Of a stretch of 64,000 bases of DNA, positions 53,711 to 63,668 are shown piece after piece. Each line of letters opens with the position of its first letter. Within the stretch, counting starts at the first letter, position 1. The stretch is from an uncultured Bacteroidales bacterium. Lineage in GTDB: Bacteria; Bacteroidota; Bacteroidia; Bacteroidales; F082. A program made the translations under genes and the position numbers. Below the pieces are notes generated by a model that was not told the origin of the DNA, did not search any database, and worked only from the letters and a program-made list of their open reading frames with translations. The stretch covers positions 5,526-69,525 of the forward strand of contig CAMJQC010000005.1 of NCBI GenBank assembly GCA_946407975.1, written 5' to 3'.

Positions 53711-55050
53711 ATAACAAAAACGGACATAGCATTTACTTTTTAGGCATTGGCGGCATCGGCATGAGCGCCCTGGCACGCTACTACCATGCCCAAGGCTGCA
53801 CCATTGCCGGCTATGACCGTACTCCGTCGCCTTTGACGAAAGCTCTTGAAGCTGAAGGCATCTCCGTCCATTACGAAGACAAACCCGAATTGCTGCCCGA
53901 GCATATCGACAGCGTCATCTACACCCCTGCCGTACCTAAAGACCTCAACGAAATTGCAGAGATCTTGCGACGCGGCTTGACGTTGACGAAACGTTCCGAA
54001 GCCCTGGGTGAAATCACGAGAGGTCGTTTCACTTTCGCTGTAGCTGGGACACATGGCAAGACCACAACCACAGCCATGCTGTCTCACATTCTGAAAGAAA
54101 GCGGAAAAGACGTCACGGCTTTCATCGGAGGCATTGCTAACAACTTCAATAGCAACTTGCTTCTTGGAAAGTCGGCCGATTGTGAACTGGTCGTTGAAGC
54201 AGACGAGTTTGACCGCTCCTTCCTCCACCTCAGTCCAGACATCAGCATCATCAACTCTATCGATGCCGACCATCTCGACATCTACGGAGACCGAAAGCAC
54301 CTCATCGACAGTTTCAATGCCTTCGCCGCCTTGACCAGCCAGAAGGTCATCTATAAAGAAGGTCTGCCCGTCACCGACAACGGCAAAGGAATCACCTTCG
54401 GCCTCAACGAAAACTGTGATGGATACATCAGCGATATTAAGACCGAATCAGGTGTCATGCACTTCAACATCCGTTATGAGAACATGACCACTGCCATCAC
54501 CTTGCCTATGCCTGGCGTCCACAACGCCTTCAATGCCACGGCTGCATTTCTGGCCGCCCGCCTCGGAGGCATTCCTTCAGAGGCTATTACAAAGGCTTTG
54601 CTCAGTTTCAAAGGAGTCAAGCGGAGACTAGATATCAGAGTAAATAACGCAAGGTACTGCTATATAGATGATTATGCGCATCATCCAGAAGAAATAAAAT
54701 CATGTTTGTCGGCCATCAGATTGGCGTTCCCCACAAGGAAAATCACCCTTATCTTCCAACCTCACCTTTTCACTCGTACACGCGATTTTATGGAAGAGTT
54801 CGCCAAGACATTGGCCATGGCCGACGAACTGATTTTACTCGACATCTATCCAGCACGAGAGAAGCCGCTCCCGGGCATCTCATCATCGACATTGCTGGAC
54901 AAAGTGCAACTGAAAGAAAAATCCATCTGCTCGAAAGAGGAATTACTTACCCGAATCGGAAACAAGAAGCCCGAATTGCTTGTTACGATGGGCGCTGGTG
55001 ATATAGACCGATTTGTTGAACCCTTGGAAAAAATGATACAGACATGGTGA
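53707..55050 (+). CDS. murC: UDP-N-acetylmuramate--L-alanine ligase
   Basis: 447 aa. Motifs GIGGIGMSALA, AGTHGKTTTTAM, DDYAHHP. Confidence 0.95.
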   Translation: MNNKNGHSIYFLGIGGIGMSALARYYHAQGCTIAGYDRTPSPLTKALEAEGISVHYEDKPELLPEHIDSVIYTPAVPKDLNEIAEILRRGLTLTKRSEALGEITRGRFTFAVAGTHGKTTTTAMLSHILKESGKDVTAFIGGIANNFNSNLLLGKSADCELVVEADEFDRSFLHLSPDISIINSIDADHLDIYGDRKHLIDSFNAFAALTSQKVIYKEGLPVTDNGKGITFGLNENCDGYISDIKTESGVMHFNIRYENMTTAITLPMPGVHNAFNATAAFLAARLGGIPSEAITKALLSFKGVKRRLDIRVNNARYCYIDDYAHHPEEIKSCLSAIRLAFPTRKITLIFQPHLFTRTRDFMEEFAKTLAMADELILLDIYPAREKPLPGISSSTLLDKVQLKEKSICSKEELLTRIGNKKPELLVTMGAGDIDRFVEPLEKMIQTW

Positions 55051-55823
55051 AGAAGATACTAAGCATATTAGCATGGGTCATAACTGCAGCCGGCATCGTC
55101 GTTCTGTTCATCTTCAGCCGTGCCCATTACATGGACACGCCCTTAAAATCCATTTCTGTCCAAATCGAAAAAACCGCAGAGAAAGGATTCATCAATCATG
55201 ATACCGTTATCCAAAACGTGAATCACATATGTCACCTCATGCCCGAAGCCAACATCAGCAGCATCAACATGAAGATGATCCAGCAGTATCTTACAAAGAT
55301 ACCATGGGTAGAGGACAACGCCTCTTACATCGACCTCAACGGCGTCTTGAACATTAACCTGAAAGAATACGAACCTGTCCTCAGGGTCTTCAACACGAAT
55401 GGTCAATCGGTCTATGTCACAGATAAAGGGCATGTCGTTCCCACCAGTGCATTCTACACGCCACGCGTTCTGATAGCCAATGGGCAGTTCGTTTTCGACA
55501 AAAACAAATTGGATAACGATAGTTTGTATAAAGCCAGCCATATCGATGAAGCCCTGCACATACGGAAAGCCATCGCCAAAGATCCTTTCCTCGAATCGTG
55601 CATCGGTCAGATTTATAGAAACCGAGACGGCGAATTTGAAATCGTAGTAAAGGAGATTGCATCGCGCATTATGGTTGGAGATACGACTGACATTGATGAC
55701 AAACTGCTCAGAATGAAAATATTCCTTCAACAAAAAGCAGGCGATGAAGAACTACAGAACTATAAAAAATTGAATCTAAAATATAAAAATCAAATAGTGT
55801 GTACAAAAAAGACTAAATCATGA
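55044..55823 (+). CDS. ftsQ: Cell division protein FtsQ-like
   Basis: 259 aa. N-terminal TM helix, POTRA-like region, position between murC and ftsA. Confidence 0.75.
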   Translation: MVKKILSILAWVITAAGIVVLFIFSRAHYMDTPLKSISVQIEKTAEKGFINHDTVIQNVNHICHLMPEANISSINMKMIQQYLTKIPWVEDNASYIDLNGVLNINLKEYEPVLRVFNTNGQSVYVTDKGHVVPTSAFYTPRVLIANGQFVFDKNKLDNDSLYKASHIDEALHIRKAIAKDPFLESCIGQIYRNRDGEFEIVVKEIASRIMVGDTTDIDDKLLRMKIFLQQKAGDEELQNYKKLNLKYKNQIVCTKKTKS

Positions 55824-57151
55824 GTGAAGGTAAAATCATTGTCGGTTTAGACATCGGCACCACGAAAGTAGCTTGCATCGTGGGCAGAAAAGCAAGCAAT
55901 GGAAAAATTGAAATCCTTGGCGATGGCAAAGCGCTCTCAAAAGGCGTGAAACGCGGCGTCGTCACCAATATCCTTGAGACCATCGAGGCCATCAAGATTG
56001 CGGTCAAACAAGCAGAAGACAAATCTGGAGTCGACATCCATACCGTCAATGTCGGTATTGCTGGACAGCATATCAAGAGCTTGCAGCACCGCGGACTAAT
56101 GATGCGCGACGACCATGAAAAGGAAATCACGGGTGAAGAGCTTGAAAAGATGCGCAAGGAGACTTTTAAGATCAGCATGACACCTGGCGAAGAAATCATC
56201 GGCGTCACCCGTCAAGAAACCTACGTCGATGGCGAATTGGCCGACAACCCCATTGGCATGCTAGGCAGCAAGATCGAAGCCAACTTTCATGTCATCATTG
56301 GGCAGACGGCAGCTGTAAAAAACATCATAAAATGTGTCGAAGGTGCAGGGCTTGAAATGGATGAGATGATTCTTGAACCCATCGCCTCAGCCCAAGCCGT
56401 CTTGGACGAGGAAGAGAAAGATGCAGGAGTGGCACTTGTCGATATCGGCGGTGGCACGACTGACATCGCCATTTTCCACGGCAATAAAATCTATCATACT
56501 GCTGTCATCCCGCTTGGTGGCAACTGCATCACCGATGATATCAGCACTGGATGCACCATCATCAGACACTATGCCGAAGAAGTCAAGGTGAAGTTTGGCT
56601 CTGCTTTGGCCAGCAAGAACCGTGACGACGAAGTGGTGTCCATCCCTGGCATCCGCGGAAGGGAACCTAAAGAAATCTCTTTCAAGAATCTTGCCAGCAT
56701 CATCCAAGCCCGTCTCGAGGAGATTTTCGACATCGTCAACTGCGAGGTGCAAAAGGTCAATTCGGAACGAAAACTCATCGCAGGCATTGTGCTCACTGGC
56801 GGCGGCGCCTTGATGAAAGACATCAACCTGTTGGCCGAATTCAAGACCGGCATGCCCGTCCGCATCGGTCATCCCGATGAGCACCTCACCAGCAATACCG
56901 ATCCTGCTCTTATCAGCCCCATGTATTCCACTGGAGTCGGTCTCGTCATTGAAGGCATAGCCCGATCAGAGATGGCAGAAGAACTCGCTATGGAAGCAGA
57001 AAAGAACTCAAGAAAATTCGATCGCGTCCGTCCCGTTGATACAATGGATCATGAGGAAGAAGAACAAATCGAAGAAAGCGAAGGCAAAAAGAAAAAGAAG
57101 TGGGACCTGACAAAAATTGTCTGGAAATTCTTCAACGAAGACATCAAATAA
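55820..57151 (+). CDS. ftsA: Cell division protein FtsA
   Basis: 443 aa. Actin-fold motifs GLDIGTTKV and DIGGGTTDIA. Confidence 0.95.
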   Translation: MSEGKIIVGLDIGTTKVACIVGRKASNGKIEILGDGKALSKGVKRGVVTNILETIEAIKIAVKQAEDKSGVDIHTVNVGIAGQHIKSLQHRGLMMRDDHEKEITGEELEKMRKETFKISMTPGEEIIGVTRQETYVDGELADNPIGMLGSKIEANFHVIIGQTAAVKNIIKCVEGAGLEMDEMILEPIASAQAVLDEEEKDAGVALVDIGGGTTDIAIFHGNKIYHTAVIPLGGNCITDDISTGCTIIRHYAEEVKVKFGSALASKNRDDEVVSIPGIRGREPKEISFKNLASIIQARLEEIFDIVNCEVQKVNSERKLIAGIVLTGGGALMKDINLLAEFKTGMPVRIGHPDEHLTSNTDPALISPMYSTGVGLVIEGIARSEMAEELAMEAEKNSRKFDRVRPVDTMDHEEEEQIEESEGKKKKKWDLTKIVWKFFNEDIK

Positions 57152-57160
57152 TAAGGACCT

Positions 57161-58894
57161 ATGGAAGAACGATACGATAACCTGCAAAACCCTGATAAAA
57201 TGAACGAACTATTCAAACTCGTCGGACAAGAAAAAAACAACTATATCAAGGTCATTGGTGTAGGAGGTGGCGGCGGCAATGCCGTCAACCATATGATGGA
57301 AGAAGGCATTCAAGGTGTCGATTTCATCCTTTGCAACACAGACCACCAGGCACTAATGAGAAGCAATGTTCCCACTAAGGTTCATCTAGGGGCTCGCGAA
57401 CTGGGAGCAGGCAATGATCCCAACATAGGCCGCATGGCTGCTGAGACCAGCAAGGACGAGATCGACAAACTGCTTGACGAAAAGACCAAAATGCTCTTCG
57501 TCACTGCCGGAATGGGCGGTGGCACCGGCACGGGTGCCGCACCTGTCGTAGCCAAACTCGCCAAAGACAAGGGTATCCTTACCGTAGGCATCGTCACCAT
57601 GCCAATGGAACGTGAAGGTCGTCGTCGCAAGCAACAGGCTCTGAGCGGCATCGAAGAACTCCGCAAGTGCGTCGACACGCTGATCACTATCAGCACCGAC
57701 AAACTGCGCGACCAATATGGCAACATGAAGCTCTCCGAAGCCTTCCGAAAAGCTGATGACGTGCTCACCACTGCCGCCAAAGGCATTGCTGAGATCATCA
57801 CAGTTCCAGGCTATGTCAATGTGGACTTCGAAGACGTGACCACCGTCATGAAAGACAGCGGAAAGGCCATCATGGGAGCAGGAAGAGCCGAAGGTGAAGG
57901 AAGAGCTGAAAAAGCCATCCGTGCAGCTATCAGCTCGCCATTATTGAATGATGCCGATGTAGTAGGTGCAAAGAACATCTTGCTCTATATCACTTCAGGA
58001 ACCGAAGAGGTCTCCCTCGACGAAGTCGATGAAATCCTTGAAATCGCTCAGGATGTATGTGGCAACAACAGCGACATCATCTGGGGTAATGGAACAGACG
58101 AAAGCCTAGGAGAAGCGCTTGTGGTCACCCTTATTGCAACAGGTTTTCACCAAGATGGCAAACGGCAGGCAGCACAACAAGGGAAGCCTCAAGTACACGA
58201 ATCCGTAAAGGAATCCGGTCATCGTACTATCTATGGCTTAGACGGCAACAAAATAAACGAAGACTCCAAAGAGGCAAAGTCAGAAGCACCTATTCAGGAT
58301 CAAGAATCTCCGACCATAGAGATTCCGATTGCGTCGACCGCTATCAATGATGAAGGCACGAGCCCCGCATCAGACGAAGATGCTCCTCATCACATCGTGC
58401 ACCATCTTGGCGAAGAGGAGGAAATAGCAGACAGCATGACAGAGCAACCAACTGAGAATCCTTTCCACCAACCAACGGTATTTCCAGAGACTGCTGAAAC
58501 CATAAACAGAATGCCCGAAGAGAACACACAGCCCTCTGTAAAGAAATACGACAACCCCTTCCTCCATGAAAATGATGACGACAGCTTTGAAATCACTTCC
58601 AGGACCCTATCGCAAGAAGAAAAACAAAACGCAGAGCCAGAAGTCATCACCATGGAAGAAGTTCAACCCAAGGTTCCAGATCCCAAAGAAGAACTCATGA
58701 AACAGCGCCTGAGAGCTCTGAGCATGAACTTCAAAACGCAAAAAGGCCTTGAAGAGCTGGAAAATCAGCCCGCTTATCTTCGTCGTAACGTCGAAATCAA
58801 CATCGTTGACGATGATGACGACCTGTCACACTACTCAAGCTCAAAGAATGGCCTTCAAACTAAGAACTCTTTCCTACACGACAACGTGGATTAA
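57161..58894 (+). CDS. ftsZ: Cell division protein FtsZ (long acidic C-terminal linker)
   Basis: 577 aa. Motifs GVGGGGGNAVN and GMGGGTGTGAAPV. C-terminal peptide region NQPAYLRRN ... FLHDNVD. Confidence 0.95.
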   Translation: MEERYDNLQNPDKMNELFKLVGQEKNNYIKVIGVGGGGGNAVNHMMEEGIQGVDFILCNTDHQALMRSNVPTKVHLGARELGAGNDPNIGRMAAETSKDEIDKLLDEKTKMLFVTAGMGGGTGTGAAPVVAKLAKDKGILTVGIVTMPMEREGRRRKQQALSGIEELRKCVDTLITISTDKLRDQYGNMKLSEAFRKADDVLTTAAKGIAEIITVPGYVNVDFEDVTTVMKDSGKAIMGAGRAEGEGRAEKAIRAAISSPLLNDADVVGAKNILLYITSGTEEVSLDEVDEILEIAQDVCGNNSDIIWGNGTDESLGEALVVTLIATGFHQDGKRQAAQQGKPQVHESVKESGHRTIYGLDGNKINEDSKEAKSEAPIQDQESPTIEIPIASTAINDEGTSPASDEDAPHHIVHHLGEEEEIADSMTEQPTENPFHQPTVFPETAETINRMPEENTQPSVKKYDNPFLHENDDDSFEITSRTLSQEEKQNAEPEVITMEEVQPKVPDPKEELMKQRLRALSMNFKTQKGLEELENQPAYLRRNVEINIVDDDDDLSHYSSSKNGLQTKNSFLHDNVD

Positions 58895-58911
58895 CAATTG
58901 AAATTCCTAAG

Positions 58912-58940
58912 GGGCTGCTTCGGCAGCCCTGTCTTTTTTT
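58912..58940 (+). terminator. Rho-independent terminator ending the dcw cluster after ftsZ
   Basis: Stem GGGCTGC / GCAGCCC with a TTCG tetraloop, followed by TGTCTTTTTTT. Confidence 0.7.
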
Positions 58941-58964
58941 ACACACTACCAGAAAACAAGAATC

Positions 58965-59414
58965 ATGTCACTCGAAACAAAAATCATGGCCGAAATCAAG
59001 GCCGCCATGTTAGCCAGAGACAGCGAACGGCTTGAAGCCCTGCGCGCTATTAAGGCTCAGATATTACTGGAAAAAACCAAAGGCGGCAACGCTGAGATCA
59101 CCGAAGCTGCTGAAATCGGCATACTGCAGAAGATGGTCAAACAGCGCAAGGAATCGGCTGCCATCTATGAACAGAACGGCCGTCAAGAACTCGCCAATAA
59201 GGAAAAGGCAGAAGCAGAAGTCATCGAAACCTTTTTACCACAACCTATGAGCGACGAAGAACTGAAGCAATGTCTCCAGAACATCATCGCCCAAGTCGGC
59301 GCCACCACCATCAAAGACATGGGCAAAGTGATGGGTGCAGCCACCAAACAGGTAGCAGGACGCGCCGATAATGCCAAGATTTCCTCAATGGTAAAAGAAT
59401 TGCTTAACGCTTAG
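58965..59414 (+). CDS. GatB/YqeY domain protein
   Basis: 149 aa. Motifs IKAAMLARDSERLEALRAIKA and GRADNAKISSMVKELL. Confidence 0.8.
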   Translation: MSLETKIMAEIKAAMLARDSERLEALRAIKAQILLEKTKGGNAEITEAAEIGILQKMVKQRKESAAIYEQNGRQELANKEKAEAEVIETFLPQPMSDEELKQCLQNIIAQVGATTIKDMGKVMGAATKQVAGRADNAKISSMVKELLNA

Positions 59415-59416
59415 AC

Positions 59417-60379
59417 CTATTTCACCCTAACGCGCTGACCGACACGAAGCACGCCGGCTTCTGTAATGCGGTTCAGCTGGCACAGTTTGGACACGGTGGT
59501 CTTATGCTTTTTGGCGATACTGCTTAAAGTATCGCCATTTTTTACAATATGATACTGTATCTTCGACGAAGCGCCTGATTTGCGTGGCCGTGCATCTATC
59601 AGTTTCAATGTCTGGTTACGCACCAGATCCGAATAAGCCGACTGCAAAACGGAACGCGACATATCATATTCCTTGTTCACCTGACGCACCGAGTCCGTCA
59701 ACGCATGGGAAAACAGCCAGTCATAGGTCTGTTCTAAGTAAAAGATACGGGCCAAAGTACCATGTTGCACCCCTTTCATTTTGTCAAAACGCAACAGCGA
59801 AGTGTCACCACATTGAATCATGTCGTTCACCACTTTTTCTGATTGCGACACTGGGACCGCCGTATCTGCAGTACCATGCACAATCCAAAGGGGGACTTCA
59901 TTTAAGCCACAAACGTCCTTTTTCGTACATCCGCCACACAAAGCCATGGCTGCTGCTACCTTATCAGGATAAGTCGCCACAAAATCCATCGTCCCATAAC
60001 CGCCCATACTCATGCCTAAGACATAAAGCCGTGCCGTATCCACTGCATAATGCCTCCTGGTCCAGTCATAAATGCGCATCACCTTTTCAGGCGACCATCC
60101 ATTGTTCGTCTGAGGGGCTAATACGATAGCGTCAATCTCACGCCCCCTGCGCAAGGCATCGAGGCATCCATAACGCAGGACACTCGTCAGGTCCGTCCCC
60201 GACAGACTTCTGCCATGCAAGAAGATGACCACAGGCTTGGGCGTAGGCTCCTCGACATAATCATCTGGCAGATAAAGCCAAAAGTCATAGGCATCCCTAA
60301 CGGAATCACGGCATGCAATGATCTGAGCATTGACAGAAAAACAGCAAAAACAACATAGAAGAATCAGCAATCTCTTCAT
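59417..60379 (-). CDS. Secreted alpha/beta-hydrolase esterase with C-terminal LysM domain
   Basis: The ORF track start is 60427. ATG 60379 (MKRLLILLCCF, signal peptide) lies downstream of the predicted -7 box. Nucleophile elbow GMSMGG. LysM: YHIVKNGDTLSSIAKKHKTTVSKLCQLN. Confidence 0.7.
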   Translation of the reverse strand: MKRLLILLCCFCCFSVNAQIIACRDSVRDAYDFWLYLPDDYVEEPTPKPVVIFLHGRSLSGTDLTSVLRYGCLDALRRGREIDAIVLAPQTNNGWSPEKVMRIYDWTRRHYAVDTARLYVLGMSMGGYGTMDFVATYPDKVAAAMALCGGCTKKDVCGLNEVPLWIVHGTADTAVPVSQSEKVVNDMIQCGDTSLLRFDKMKGVQHGTLARIFYLEQTYDWLFSHALTDSVRQVNKEYDMSRSVLQSAYSDLVRNQTLKLIDARPRKSGASSKIQYHIVKNGDTLSSIAKKHKTTVSKLCQLNRITEAGVLRVGQRVRVK

Positions 60380-60414
60380 GAAACGTCCAGTTATTATATC
60401 CCTTGGTGAATATG

Positions 60415-60422
60415 CAAAAATA
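60415..60422 (-). promoter_or_regulatory. -7 box TATTTTTG upstream of the LysM esterase gene
   Basis: Exact TAnnTTTG match on the minus strand. It lies downstream of the ORF-track start 60427, which supports ATG 60379. Confidence 0.45.
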
Positions 60423-60435
60423 CGCAAAAAAGCTC

Positions 60436-60443
60436 TATTTTTG
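60436..60443 (+). promoter_or_regulatory. -7 box TATTTTTG upstream of the 800-aa secreted protein gene
   Basis: Exact TAnnTTTG match, 19 nt before ATG 60463 and 13 nt from the divergent esterase box. Confidence 0.45.
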
Positions 60444-60462
60444 CAAACAGATAACTTTTGGC

Positions 60463-62862
60463 ATGAAATCCAGACTCCTTATTTTGCTTTTGCTCTTTTT
60501 GTTACCCTTAGGAGCGATGGCTCAACAGGCCTTAGAAACCGATTTTGAGTCGTGGAACTACAATCCTAACTGGAAAAACGTTTATATCAGAACCGACAGT
60601 ACGGCTCACAGCGGCACGCACGTCTGCCTATGCGATACGCTTCAGGAATTCGGTTTCGGTTTCCAATTCAACAACGAGTACCTTCTCCAAAAACAAAATG
60701 TCAGGATAGAATACGAGGCATGGCATAAGATTGTGCTGAACCAAGGCGAGGTCAGTATAGCAGTCAATATAACGGACTCCGAAGGCAAAAACCGCTACTG
60801 GCAAAGTTATGCTTTGTCTACTCCCGTCAACGATAGTTCAGAATGGTTCAAGACCAATCTAGACTTATGGTTTCCTTTTGACCATCTGGACGGAGCTACC
60901 ATAAAAGCCTACCTCTGGAATCCCAACCATTGCGTTGTTCTTATTGACGACGCCAGAGTCTCCATCAACGCAGCCCCATTAGGATGTTTCTTGCCTGTCG
61001 ACACGCTCATTAGCCCCGAAGGACAAGCCAAAGCAATTCTTCTAAACGACAAATGCAGCATCCTATATCAGCCAGAAAACGGTCACCTGATGCTGGCCGA
61101 TGGCAAAAAAGAGGCCCTATCCCACCCTATTTATCTGGTCAATGCTTTTGTAAATGACGCCATGCCTTTCGACAATCCGATAGAGCATTTCGAAACTGAC
61201 TGGAAGCAGGTCGGCGACAATCAATGGATGACAGGAAACCCTGAAACAGGCGTTCAGACCACGCTGACCATTAATGCCAAAAACGGCTCGGAACTCGTTT
61301 TCGATCTCGAGTCTCATTTTGAGCAAGGACAAAGGCTCCTGCGCCAAGCCCTCGTCATCCCATTCGTAGACAGCACCATGAAAATCTATCGGAAGAACCA
61401 GCTCGTCGACACGGCTGACTTTCAAAACGACTACTATCTCGACCGTGAAGGATTTATCATCGGGCAAGGAGAGCGGAGCATCGCCACCTATCATAACACG
61501 GGCATTTCGTCGCTCCAATTCAACACACGGAACCAGACGGCCTATTTCAACACAGATTTCTGGCGTGATCATCCTCTGATTCATTATCCGTTGGATAACG
61601 ACACCTCGAATTACTATCAAGACATCTCCTATAAAAACGTCGGGCCCGATGCGTCTCTTTACGGGTCTTTCACTCTATTTGTGGGTTCAGCGCCTGTCGA
61701 ATTGCCTCGAATCATGCCGATGTGGGATGGTTTTGAATCCGCGTTCATCATCACCGAGCATGCCGACTGGACCGACCTCCGCACCCATCGTGCCGTCCTC
61801 TTCGGCCGCGAAAACATCACCCATGCCGAAGACGCCGTTGGTGGTTTCGTCTATTATGGCATCCCCGTCACCAAGAGCGTCTTTTACAGCAACCCCGACC
61901 AAGTGAACAACGACGCCCTGACTCATGGAGCCTTCAAAGGACTGCATGCCACCATCACAGGTGATAAAGAGTTTTTCAGGTTGCTGAAACAGCTTCGTAA
62001 GTTAGGCTTTGAAATCTGTCTCCACACTCCTGAGCAATACACCTCCGTCAATGGCAACCTGAAGAAATCGCTGGGCTTCATGAGGCACCATTTCGGCTCA
62101 CCCACCTGGATCGACCACGGCTACAACAATGGCGCACGAAACAACCGCGAAGACCTGGTCTGCGATGCCCTGCTGCCCGATTCACCGCAATATGCCGCAG
62201 AGCTTTGGAAAAAGAACGGCGTGAAATACCTCTGGAATGCCTACTACGAAGAGGCGCATGACGACAGGCTCAACTTCGACGGCAACTTCATCCAGCCTTA
62301 CGACGGCTTTGGCGACGGAATTGCCAACCGGCAAATCACCACTCTGCCTGATGGCGGCGATTTCCTGCTATGGGCCACTTCTTCAACCCTCGAGGTGAAC
62401 GAGGACCGCGAGTGGTATTTCTACTTTTCGCCCGCCAGACTCCAGCGCCTGATCGACAACCACAACGTTTTCATCACGCACACCTACCCTGCCTGGGCCA
62501 ACCCTTACAGGGCATTCTGGAAATACGACGAAGACAGTCTGGCGGTGGCCATGCCTGGGTTCAACTACGCCTTGCAGCAACTCGACAGTCTGCGTAATGA
62601 GAAAAAGATATTGCCCACCACCATACAGGACTATCTCAGTTTCTACGAAGGCCTCCTTGACGTAGCGTACGTTATTCTTGACGATGGCAACATCATGCTT
62701 AAGAACAACGGAAACAAAATAGAAGGCCTGACACTGCTTTGCAAGAATCCAGTCTATATCGACGGGAAACCCATACGGTTCCGCAAAGTGGACGACGAAT
62801 ACCTGGTCTGGTTCGATCTTAACAGGAAGGAAAAAGTTAAAATCATCATACAGCGCGACTGA
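60463..62862 (+). CDS. Large secreted hypothetical protein
   Basis: The ORF track start is 60403. ATG 60463 (MKSRLLILLLLFLLPLGAMAQ) lies 15 nt after the predicted start point of the TATTTTTG promoter. No confidently recognisable domain. Confidence 0.5.
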   Translation: MKSRLLILLLLFLLPLGAMAQQALETDFESWNYNPNWKNVYIRTDSTAHSGTHVCLCDTLQEFGFGFQFNNEYLLQKQNVRIEYEAWHKIVLNQGEVSIAVNITDSEGKNRYWQSYALSTPVNDSSEWFKTNLDLWFPFDHLDGATIKAYLWNPNHCVVLIDDARVSINAAPLGCFLPVDTLISPEGQAKAILLNDKCSILYQPENGHLMLADGKKEALSHPIYLVNAFVNDAMPFDNPIEHFETDWKQVGDNQWMTGNPETGVQTTLTINAKNGSELVFDLESHFEQGQRLLRQALVIPFVDSTMKIYRKNQLVDTADFQNDYYLDREGFIIGQGERSIATYHNTGISSLQFNTRNQTAYFNTDFWRDHPLIHYPLDNDTSNYYQDISYKNVGPDASLYGSFTLFVGSAPVELPRIMPMWDGFESAFIITEHADWTDLRTHRAVLFGRENITHAEDAVGGFVYYGIPVTKSVFYSNPDQVNNDALTHGAFKGLHATITGDKEFFRLLKQLRKLGFEICLHTPEQYTSVNGNLKKSLGFMRHHFGSPTWIDHGYNNGARNNREDLVCDALLPDSPQYAAELWKKNGVKYLWNAYYEEAHDDRLNFDGNFIQPYDGFGDGIANRQITTLPDGGDFLLWATSSTLEVNEDREWYFYFSPARLQRLIDNHNVFITHTYPAWANPYRAFWKYDEDSLAVAMPGFNYALQQLDSLRNEKKILPTTIQDYLSFYEGLLDVAYVILDDGNIMLKNNGNKIEGLTLLCKNPVYIDGKPIRFRKVDDEYLVWFDLNRKEKVKIIIQRD

Positions 62863-62881
62863 ACGCCAAACGAGAAGCACT

Positions 62882-63451
62882 ATGAAAAAAATATCCATCT
62901 TCGTGTCGGGCAACGGCACCAACCTCCAACGCATAGCGGAATACTTTGCCAACGACCCTGAGGTTAAAATCGTCAACGTGGTCTGCAACAACCCCAAGGC
63001 CTATTCGATAGAGCGTGCCAAGAACCTGGGCATCCCGCTACGGATGATTACCCGTGAAGAATTCAAAAGCGAAGCTTTCACCCAAGAGATGCAACGCCTT
63101 GACCTAGACCTGATCGTTTTGGCCGGATTCCTTTGGAAAATCCCTGAGACGCTTATCAAGGCCTTTCCAAAGAAAATCATCAACATCCACCCTGCCCTGC
63201 TACCCAAATACGGAGGCAAAGGCTTCTACGGGGAACATGTTCACGAAGCGGTAGTCGCAGCAAAAGAAGCCTATTCCGGCATTACCATCCACTATGTGAA
63301 CGAGGTATACGACAGCGGTGAGATCATCTTCCAGACCCAAGTCGCCTTAGACAAGGACGAGACCCCCGACAGTCTGGCGGCCAAAATCCACCGACTGGAA
63401 CAGGCCAACTTCCCTGTAGTGATTGAGAAATTACTGAAACAGAAAGATTAA
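62882..63451 (+). CDS. purN: Phosphoribosylglycinamide formyltransferase
   Basis: 189 aa. Motifs SGNGTNLQ, INIHPALLPKYGG, SGITIHYVNEVYDSGEII. Confidence 0.9.
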   Translation: MKKISIFVSGNGTNLQRIAEYFANDPEVKIVNVVCNNPKAYSIERAKNLGIPLRMITREEFKSEAFTQEMQRLDLDLIVLAGFLWKIPETLIKAFPKKIINIHPALLPKYGGKGFYGEHVHEAVVAAKEAYSGITIHYVNEVYDSGEIIFQTQVALDKDETPDSLAAKIHRLEQANFPVVIEKLLKQKD

Positions 63452-63610
63452 GGTTGCTTCAACTGCTATAGCCATTTTTGCATACATAAACGGTTGTCCC
63501 ATAGCGCAAATCATTTAAATCGCGCCACAAATAGAATCATTTTATTAGAAATAGAATAGTTTGAAATAAAAAGATTTGATATAAGATTATTTCATTTGGG
63601 TGTGATGACA

Positions 63611-63646
63611 AAGAAAAAAGTGAGCCTCTAATAAGAAACTCACTTT
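63611..63646 (-). terminator. Rho-independent terminator after the yitT-like gene
   Basis: Minus strand: stem AAAGTGAG / CTCACTTT followed by TTTTC. Confidence 0.5.
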
Positions 63647-63668
63647 ATCTGTAGATTTAACAAACCGT

